A stretch of DNA of 13,389 nt from Candidatus Hodarchaeum mangrovi (GTDB lineage: Archaea > Asgardarchaeota > Heimdallarchaeia > Hodarchaeales > Hodarchaeaceae). Positions 1 through 6,489 of this stretch are shown here, piece after piece (within the stretch, counting starts at the first letter, position 1; every line of letters begins with the position of its first letter). A program made the translations under genes and the position numbers. The DNA lies in the NCBI GenBank assembly GCA_016839515.1, contig JAEOUE010000066.1, positions 1 to 13,389 on the forward strand, written 5' to 3'. The notes below the pieces were generated by a model that was not told where the DNA came from, did no database searches, and was given only the letters and a program-made list of their open reading frames with translations.

Positions 1-1010
1 ATCATTGCTTTAGAAAGTGTTGATCGTAAATAATCCATTTGTAATCGAACACCTTCAATACCTCCCCCAACGGCAGCTCGTACAATATCTCGTCCAATTA
101 AGGCAGCATGAGCTCCAAGGGCAAGGAGTTTTAAAACATCATAACCTGTACGGATCCCTCCATCTACAAAAATCATGACTTTTTCATCTTCAACTGCTTT
201 GACTATATGAGGCAAAACTTCGGCAGTTCCAGGCGTGTGGTCTAGCACTCTTCCTCCATGATTGGAAACGACAATAGCTGCAGCTCCCGCGTTAACAGCT
301 AAAACAGCATCTTCTGAACTCATAATCCCCTTGATAATGACTGGAAGTGAAGTCGCCTTAACTAATTCTTCAATATCAGCTTCGCTTTTACGAAAAACTG
401 GTTTATTATGCTTATTCATCATATAGGAACCACATCCGTCAGTATCTACTCCAACAGCAGCTGCACCAATTGTTTCAGCCCGTTTAAAAAATTTAATAAT
501 CTCTTCTTGAGAACGGGGTTTAACAATTTTGACTCCCCAACCACCTGCAGATTCTATGGCATTTAATCCATAGCTGCTATTTGTATAATGATAGGTGTAT
601 GTATCACCACGCCATCCTAGAGTACCTGCTGCTTTACATCCATGCACAGTCGCATGACAGAAATCAGCTTCTGTAATTACTTTATCCCCACCGAAAGAAT
701 TAACTCCAGTAACACTGGCCCCCATAATAGGCATCTTTAACTTTTTACCAAAAAAATTAAATGTGGTTTCAGGTTCAAAATGATTTGAAACTAAATTCAT
801 GTTTAATTTAATTTTTCGTAAGGCAAGCCAGTTATTATGAAAGGATGCACCTGAACCGATTCCACCGAATCCTAATGGACGTCCATAGTGTTGTCCTTGA
901 CAAAAACGACCGGGGTCTCCATCACAGTCTTTATAGACCATACAAACCCCCTTTAGTTTTTCTTTTGCGTTTTGACGAACATCTTCGAGTGATAAGACGC
1001 TTGAATTCAT
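1..1010 (-). CDS. FMN-dependent alpha-hydroxy-acid dehydrogenase/oxidase (LldD/glycolate oxidase family), 3' end truncated by the window edge
   Basis: Translated by hand from ATG at 1010 (AGGA upstream): MNSSVLSLEDVRQNAKEKLKGVCMVYKDCDG...LPVIIKGIMS...IVVSNHGGRVLD...IFVDGGIRTGYDVLKLLALGAHAALIGR..., open for 336 codons to the edge. SNHGGR, DGGIR, KG and GR are the family FMN/catalytic motifs. Confidence 0.93.
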   Translation of the reverse strand, partial: MNSSVLSLEDVRQNAKEKLKGVCMVYKDCDGDPGRFCQGQHYGRPLGFGGIGSGASFHNNWLALRKIKLNMNLVSNHFEPETTFNFFGKKLKMPIMGASVTGVNSFGGDKVITEADFCHATVHGCKAAGTLGWRGDTYTYHYTNSSYGLNAIESAGGWGVKIVKPRSQEEIIKFFKRAETIGAAAVGVDTDGCGSYMMNKHNKPVFRKSEADIEELVKATSLPVIIKGIMSSEDAVLAVNAGAAAIVVSNHGGRVLDHTPGTAEVLPHIVKAVEDEKVMIFVDGGIRTGYDVLKLLALGAHAALIGRDIVRAAVGGGIEGVRLQMDYLRSTLSKAM

Positions 1011-1036
1011 ATTAATTCCTTCAAATTGGGGGATAA

Positions 1037-1897
1037 TTACCTGAATTTACTTATTAATTTAATCAAAACTTCTTTATTCAATTCACGTTGAAATAAAGGG
1101 CGAGAATCTTTTGAATAGATACGAGTGTTTTGTTCATAAGTTGGTTTAGGATTGATATAAAAGGTTCCTAAAGGTAATTTTTTCTTCTCTAGGGCTTTTT
1201 CTAAAGCCATTTTTTGGTCATATGGATCATGAGTCTCATCTAGGTAGTAAGTATTCTCTCTGAACCATTGATACGTATTCAGTCGATTGAAACTGACACA
1301 TGGGGAGAAAAGATCTATTAGCGCATACCCTTTATGGTTTAATGCCTTTTTAATTATTTCTTTTGTCTCTTCAGGGTGGCCGACAAAAGCTCGGGAGACA
1401 AAAGAGGCATTTTGGGCAATAGCGATAGCAATAGGGTTTAATGGCTCATTATATACTCCTACTCTCTGTACGCTGGTTATGAATCCGATATCGCTGGTTG
1501 GAGAGGCCTGTCCTTTTGTTAAACCATACACACCATTATTATGAACAATATTTACAATATCTGGGTTATATCGAATAGTATGAAGAAAATGATTACCACC
1601 CTCGCTATAAGTACAACCATCACCTGAGATTGCAATAACGTGTAAATGAGGATTTGCTGCTTTTATCGCAGTCGCATTTGATAAATATCTTCCATGTAAG
1701 CCATTCAAGATATTTCCATTTATAAAATGACAAAACTTCCCAGCCTGTCCTATTCCCGTAACAAAAACTGTATCTTGAGGGTGAATATTTAAGTCGATCA
1801 GAGATTCTTTTAAACTACGAAGAGCACCAAAATTACCACATCCTGGGCACCAGTGTGGATCGTTTTTACTATCCCATTCTGTTCCTTTTTTTGACAT
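1037..1897 (-). CDS. korB: 2-oxoacid:ferredoxin oxidoreductase beta (TPP-binding) subunit, KorB/OorB family
   Basis: WCPGCG, LHGR, GDG...GGNH...[18 protein letters not shown]-binding region and SPCVSFN. Start directly abuts the alpha-subunit stop. Substrate specificity cannot be determined, so the symbol is family-level. Confidence 0.93.
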   Translation of the reverse strand: MSKKGTEWDSKNDPHWCPGCGNFGALRSLKESLIDLNIHPQDTVFVTGIGQAGKFCHFINGNILNGLHGRYLSNATAIKAANPHLHVIAISGDGCTYSEGGNHFLHTIRYNPDIVNIVHNNGVYGLTKGQASPTSDIGFITSVQRVGVYNEPLNPIAIAIAQNASFVSRAFVGHPEETKEIIKKALNHKGYALIDLFSPCVSFNRLNTYQWFRENTYYLDETHDPYDQKMALEKALEKKKLPLGTFYINPKPTYEQNTRIYSKDSRPLFQRELNKEVLIKLISKFR

Positions 1898-3631
1898 TTA
1901 ATCACCTCTAATTATCACTAGTACCTTTTCTAACAATTCTTCTACTGAAAAAGGATAACCACTATATTTTAATATTTTATGGGGTATTTCATGACCAAAT
2001 TCAACTTTTATTAAATTTGCAAACTGACCTGTTGCATTATTTTCAATAATTATTATTTTGTCAGCTTTCTTCAAGTAATAAAGAGTGCTTCTTGGTAACG
2101 GAAATACTTGTAAAAAATGTAGAAAGGCGACAGAATACTCTTCCTCGCGTAATTCAGCAAGTACTTCTTCAATGATGTGATAATTACTTCCCCAGCCAAT
2201 CATTAAAATATTGTAATCGGAAGGGCCAATAAATTTAGGGGGAAAAGCGTCATGTTTTATCATTTCTAACTTTTTCATCATTTTTTCAACAGATTTGTTA
2301 CGAATTGAAGCGTCTTCTGTAATATAACCATCTTCAGTGTGAGTGTGAGAGTCTACTCGAATCATTCCCTTTCCATATCCTGGTATTCCTCTTGGAGAAA
2401 TTCCATTATCTGTAAATTCATATCTTTGATAACCCTCTGCAGTTTCTACGAAATAGTTTGGTATTGTTAGATTTAAAATGCTAAGATCCGATATATTATA
2501 TGCTGAATTTACAATATAATGATCTGATAAAATTATTACAGGTACTTGGAACTTATCAGCTAAATTAAATGCTTCTTGTGTTAAAATGAAAGCTTCCTCT
2601 ATTGATCCAGGAGCTAATAGGATTCTTGGAAAATCTCCATGTCCAGCATGTAATGCAAGCTGCAAATCACCTTGCTCCGTTCGGGTAGGCATTCCAGTGG
2701 CTGGTCCTGGTCTTTGTCCTAAATTTATAACCATCGGACTCTCTGTTACTCCAATTAATGAAATAGTCTCAGTCATCAAGGCAAATCCTCCTCCAGAAGT
2801 AGTTACAAATCCACGAGCCCCTGCATACCATGCACCATAACATTTATTTATTGCTGAAATCTCATCTTCGCTTTGATCGACAATAATTCCAAAATCTTCC
2901 CCATACTGAGCAATAAAAGACGCTATCCCGGTACTTGGGGCCATAGGATAAAAGCACACATAACTACAACCTCCTGCTATTGCCCCTAAGGCTATTGCGT
3001 CTCTACCTGAAAGGATTAAGTCTGAACTAATATTTGGATCACGAGAAATATTGAGATTTAAATTCAGAGGTTTTTTAGTTAAAACTTCTTCGATAATATC
3101 AGCTCCTTTATTTGCTGCCTCTAAATTCTTTTGAACAATCTCGATTCCTTTTTGATGGAACTGTTCTGTTAGAATATCATCAATAAGCTTTCTTTCAGTC
3201 TTAAAGAGAGTAGCTAACACTCCGATAGCCACACTGTTTGAATAGATACGGTTTCCAATTATTTCTGCTATCTTCGTAAAATCAATCTCTAGAAAAGTAC
3301 AACCATTAAATGGATGCTGCCCAATTAAACTTTCATCTCCAATTATGCAGGTATTTTGGGTTATACGGGATTTAACATGACCTACAGCTTCTTTTGTTAA
3401 TGGAATCAAAATATCAATTCGATCGCAGTATGCACGAACAGGCTGTGATGAAACTCGTATAGTTGTAGAATTTGTTCCTCCTCTTACTCGTGACATGAAT
3501 TCTGAGGTGGAAAAGACATATAATCCAGATTTTTTCAAAATTTTGGTAAGAAGTTCCTCTACAGTTGCTATACCTTGCCCCGCTGCTCCACATAATACAA
3601 TAGATATATCATTCTTTGAATCGTGTTGCAT
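1898..3631 (-). CDS. korA: 2-oxoacid:ferredoxin oxidoreductase alpha subunit with fused N-terminal gamma domain, KorA/OorA family
   Basis: GAAGQG and SRVRGG (gamma domain), YPMAPS, EDEISA, TSGGGFALM, QRPGPATGMPTRTEQGDL, GWGS, IENNATGQ. ATG at 3631 follows AAAGGA and is preferred to the ORF-track start at 3646. Confidence 0.93.
   Translation of the reverse strand: MQHDSKNDISIVLCGAAGQGIATVEELLTKILKKSGLYVFSTSEFMSRVRGGTNSTTIRVSSQPVRAYCDRIDILIPLTKEAVGHVKSRITQNTCIIGDESLIGQHPFNGCTFLEIDFTKIAEIIGNRIYSNSVAIGVLATLFKTERKLIDDILTEQFHQKGIEIVQKNLEAANKGADIIEEVLTKKPLNLNLNISRDPNISSDLILSGRDAIALGAIAGGCSYVCFYPMAPSTGIASFIAQYGEDFGIIVDQSEDEISAINKCYGAWYAGARGFVTTSGGGFALMTETISLIGVTESPMVINLGQRPGPATGMPTRTEQGDLQLALHAGHGDFPRILLAPGSIEEAFILTQEAFNLADKFQVPVIILSDHYIVNSAYNISDLSILNLTIPNYFVETAEGYQRYEFTDNGISPRGIPGYGKGMIRVDSHTHTEDGYITEDASIRNKSVEKMMKKLEMIKHDAFPPKFIGPSDYNILMIGWGSNYHIIEEVLAELREEEYSVAFLHFLQVFPLPRSTLYYLKKADKIIIIENNATGQFANLIKVEFGHEIPHKILKYSGYPFSVEELLEKVLVIIRGD
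1899..1908 (-). promoter_or_regulatory. Shine-Dalgarno (GAGGTGA) for the beta subunit, inside the alpha-subunit 3' end; likely translational coupling
   Basis: Minus strand reads AGAGGTGAT-TAA-ATG, with stop and start adjacent. Confidence 0.7.
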
Positions 3632-3690
3632 TATCCTTTTCCACAATAAAATTAATGATTTTTGTTATTCTTCAACTTAAAGAAGAGATT

Positions 3691-3710
3691 AGATAAATAG
3701 CTTTTTATCT
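3691..3710. promoter_or_regulatory. 20-bp near-perfect palindrome upstream of the oxidoreductase operon; candidate operator
   Basis: AGATAAATAGCTTTTTATCT, 9 of 10 pairs symmetric, 60-80 bp upstream of ATG 3631. Confidence 0.45.
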
Positions 3711-3889
3711 CTTCAGGTAAAATTTTCAGAAATAAATCACAATTCGGGTAAGATAAAATAAATTAAGCATATTTTCCCTTAATTTTAATAATTTATTTAA
3801 AAAAATTATTACACTAGAGTAAAATATCAGATGAACTTATAAACAGCATAAATAATTGATTATCTCTATAAAGATTATTTTTTTTTAAA

Positions 3890-5710
3890 TTAATGTTTAG
3901 AGATAATCCCATCTTCCATCAAGATTTGTCTTTGGGCATAAGCTGCAATATCTTGTTCATGAGTGATTATTACGATAGTAGTTTTGGTGTGTTCATGAAA
4001 ATTCTTTAACAATTCCATCACTTGAGTTCCTGTAACAGAATCTAAATCACCTGTTGGTTCATCAGCAAAAATAATGGATGGCTGATTAGTTAATGCGCGT
4101 GCAATTGCAACTCGTTGCATCTGACCTCCACTTAATTGAGCAGGAAATTGACCTGCTTGTTGATCAATCCCAACACCACGGAGAAGACCCTCTATCCTTT
4201 TCTTTAACTCAGTATTTAATCTTCCTGCCAAGTCTGCTGGAAGTGCAATATTTTCTTTAGTGTTAAAATGGGGAAGCAGCGCATAGCTTTGAAAAATAAA
4301 TCCGAAATGCTTCAATCTAACTTCGGATTTTTCAGAATCTTTCATTTTATGTAAATCTTTACCTCGGAAATACACTTTTCCATGATCAGGAGAATCTAAA
4401 CTGGCCATGCAGTTTAAAAGGGTCGTTTTACCAGCCCCTGAACTTCCTACGATTGCAACAAATTCTCCTTCTTTAATATCGAGATTAACACCCCGAAGTG
4501 CATACACAGTATTGCGTCCTAGGTTATAATTTTTAAAAAGACCTCTAACAGCCAAGATTACGTCTTTATCAATGTTAACTGGTCCTTCATCACCCTGATC
4601 AATCAATTGTACATTAAAACTAAAGAAGGGTATATCAGAACCAAAAAAATCAGACCACATTTTTAGTGATTCAGCTTCAACAAAAAGATCAATACTTATT
4701 CTACTAATAGACTTAAGGTGAGTAATAAATTCACGTGTTGATTCTGCTATCTTTACTCCATTAACAGTTTCATCAAGATAATCTCTGAAGCATTTCTGGC
4801 ATCGCTGAATTAACTCACTAAGTTCATGGAGCTGAGTTTTTCCTTCGTTAATTTGATCTGAAATTGTAGCAATTGTTGTATTAATATCTTGAAAGTCACT
4901 CTTTAGATTGTATTGTGTTATAATCATTTTAGGGATTTCAAAAAGATTGAATATTCTATAGATTTGATTATCTACTTCCTCTAATGCAGAGAGTTTAGCA
5001 ACCAAAATCCGCAAAAAAAGTTCAAATTTTTCCTGTAACCTTTCATCTGAGCTTCGATAATGTGTTTTCTTAATCTCATCTTCCAATCTTACTAAAACTG
5101 ATTTCATGTTAATAAATCGTTGAAGTGAAGGTGTTAAAAAATTCATAAAGAAATTAATGATCAATAATTTATCAACAAGACTATCAATCTTCATATTTTT
5201 CTGTGTATATCCAGTGAAAAATGGAAAATCGAATCCTGAGAGAAAAAAGCGGTACTCTTGAATTTCCTCCATATCCCAGACTGTAATAAAGCTTTTACTA
5301 CTAATATTTCTAAACTCTTTTGGTAATTCAATATGCAGCTTCTCAAGATTCGACCCTAATCTTTTACCCAACCTTGGCTCAATTTCTTGAACAAAATTCT
5401 TTATTATTTGAGAAGTTTCATGAAGCTCTTGATTTTTTTTCAAGTACCTTTGAAAACGAGATTCATTTTTTTTGTAATAATCATTAAAAATGCGTTTTAA
5501 TTTTCCTTTTTCCACTTTCTCTACAATATCAGGATTAAAATGGCTATTTCTTGTTCCTGAAACAAATAGAAAAGTATTCAGTTCCTGAGTACTTATCTGG
5601 GAACTTTTTGCTGAAATCGCATTCTTTAACTCTGAGCTAATTTTATTTCCCAATTCTCTGTTTAATCGTCGCGAGGGTTTATTAATCAAAGCAGCTGTAT
5701 AAACTTTCAT
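3890..5710 (-). CDS. ABC ATPase (LolD/FtsE/MacB-type NBD, aa ~383-606) fused to a ~380-aa soluble N-terminal domain of unknown function
   Basis: Walker A GSSGAGKTT, Q-loop GFIFQ, signature LSGGQMQR, Walker B IIFADEPT, H-loop ITHE. GGAGG RBS before ATG 5710, 2 nt after the upstream stop. Confidence 0.92.
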   Translation of the reverse strand: MKVYTAALINKPSRRLNRELGNKISSELKNAISAKSSQISTQELNTFLFVSGTRNSHFNPDIVEKVEKGKLKRIFNDYYKKNESRFQRYLKKNQELHETSQIIKNFVQEIEPRLGKRLGSNLEKLHIELPKEFRNISSKSFITVWDMEEIQEYRFFLSGFDFPFFTGYTQKNMKIDSLVDKLLIINFFMNFLTPSLQRFINMKSVLVRLEDEIKKTHYRSSDERLQEKFELFLRILVAKLSALEEVDNQIYRIFNLFEIPKMIITQYNLKSDFQDINTTIATISDQINEGKTQLHELSELIQRCQKCFRDYLDETVNGVKIAESTREFITHLKSISRISIDLFVEAESLKMWSDFFGSDIPFFSFNVQLIDQGDEGPVNIDKDVILAVRGLFKNYNLGRNTVYALRGVNLDIKEGEFVAIVGSSGAGKTTLLNCMASLDSPDHGKVYFRGKDLHKMKDSEKSEVRLKHFGFIFQSYALLPHFNTKENIALPADLAGRLNTELKKRIEGLLRGVGIDQQAGQFPAQLSGGQMQRVAIARALTNQPSIIFADEPTGDLDSVTGTQVMELLKNFHEHTKTTIVIITHEQDIAAYAQRQILMEDGIISKH

Positions 5711-5712
5711 TT

Positions 5713-6474
5713 TTAATCCTCCATGAATGGGCCATTTTCAACATGAGAGATTTTTCCATCTACCATGTGGATTATATAATCACATTTCTCCGCAATCCAT
5801 CGATTATGAGTGACTAAGATGAATGTTTGTTGGTTCATTTGATTGATTCGTCTAAATAATTTCATAACTTCAGCACTTGTTGAACTATCTAGGTCCCCTG
5901 TAGGCTCATCTCCTAGAATAATAGCAGGATTATTAATTAAGGCTCGTGCAATGGCAACTCTTTGCTGTTGACCGCCAGAAAGCTCCAATGGATAATGATA
6001 TAGTCGATCGCCCATACCTAAATCCCGGAGTAACATTTTAGCTTGTTCTCTAGCTACTCCTGAAGGGATATCCTTTAATAATAAAGGGGTCTCTACATTT
6101 TCAACAGCAGTTAAAAATGGGAATAAATTAAATAGCTGGAAAATGAAACCAATATTATCTCTTCTGAAAGCAGTCATTTCAGAATCTGAAAGCTTGTTTG
6201 TGTCCAGATAATCGATTATGATCTCTCCTCCAGAGTTGTAATCAAGGTGTCCGATCATATTTAAGAGTGTTGTCTTTCCACATCCAGATGGCCCCATAAT
6301 TGCCATCATATCCCCTTTTTTAACGTCTAAATCTATCCCACGAAGTGCGTGTACTTCATTTGACTTTCCTTCATTGTATCGTTTATGCAATCTTCGAATC
6401 TTGAGAATTGTCTCGGAATCGTCAATCAGACGAAAACGTATACCCTCTAGTTCTATTATCTCACCATATGACAT
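5713..6474 (-). CDS. ABC transporter ATP-binding protein, LolD/MacB (MJ0796-like) family
   Basis: [58 protein letters not shown] upstream. Confidence 0.95.
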   Translation of the reverse strand: MSYGEIIELEGIRFRLIDDSETILKIRRLHKRYNEGKSNEVHALRGIDLDVKKGDMMAIMGPSGCGKTTLLNMIGHLDYNSGGEIIIDYLDTNKLSDSEMTAFRRDNIGFIFQLFNLFPFLTAVENVETPLLLKDIPSGVAREQAKMLLRDLGMGDRLYHYPLELSGGQQQRVAIARALINNPAIILGDEPTGDLDSSTSAEVMKLFRRINQMNQQTFILVTHNRWIAEKCDYIIHMVDGKISHVENGPFMED

Positions 6475-6489
6475 TTTTAGATCACCATT

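Noticed and set aside
1287-1544. 85-aa plus-strand ORF
   Set aside because: Entirely antisense to the well-supported OFOR beta gene; no motif.
2586-2840. 84-aa Cys-containing plus-strand ORF (CPACNASCKSPC)
   Set aside because: Antisense shadow of the OFOR alpha gene; the Cys codons mirror GCA/ACA-type sequence on the coding strand.
3495-3680. 61-aa plus-strand ORF
   Set aside because: Antisense to the start of the OFOR alpha gene; no supporting features.
3715-3889. Very AT-rich spacer with homopolymer runs; considered as terminator, ncRNA or origin
   Set aside because: No convincing hairpin or repeated box. The T-run at 3878-3886 is on the wrong strand to terminate the minus-strand ABC operon.
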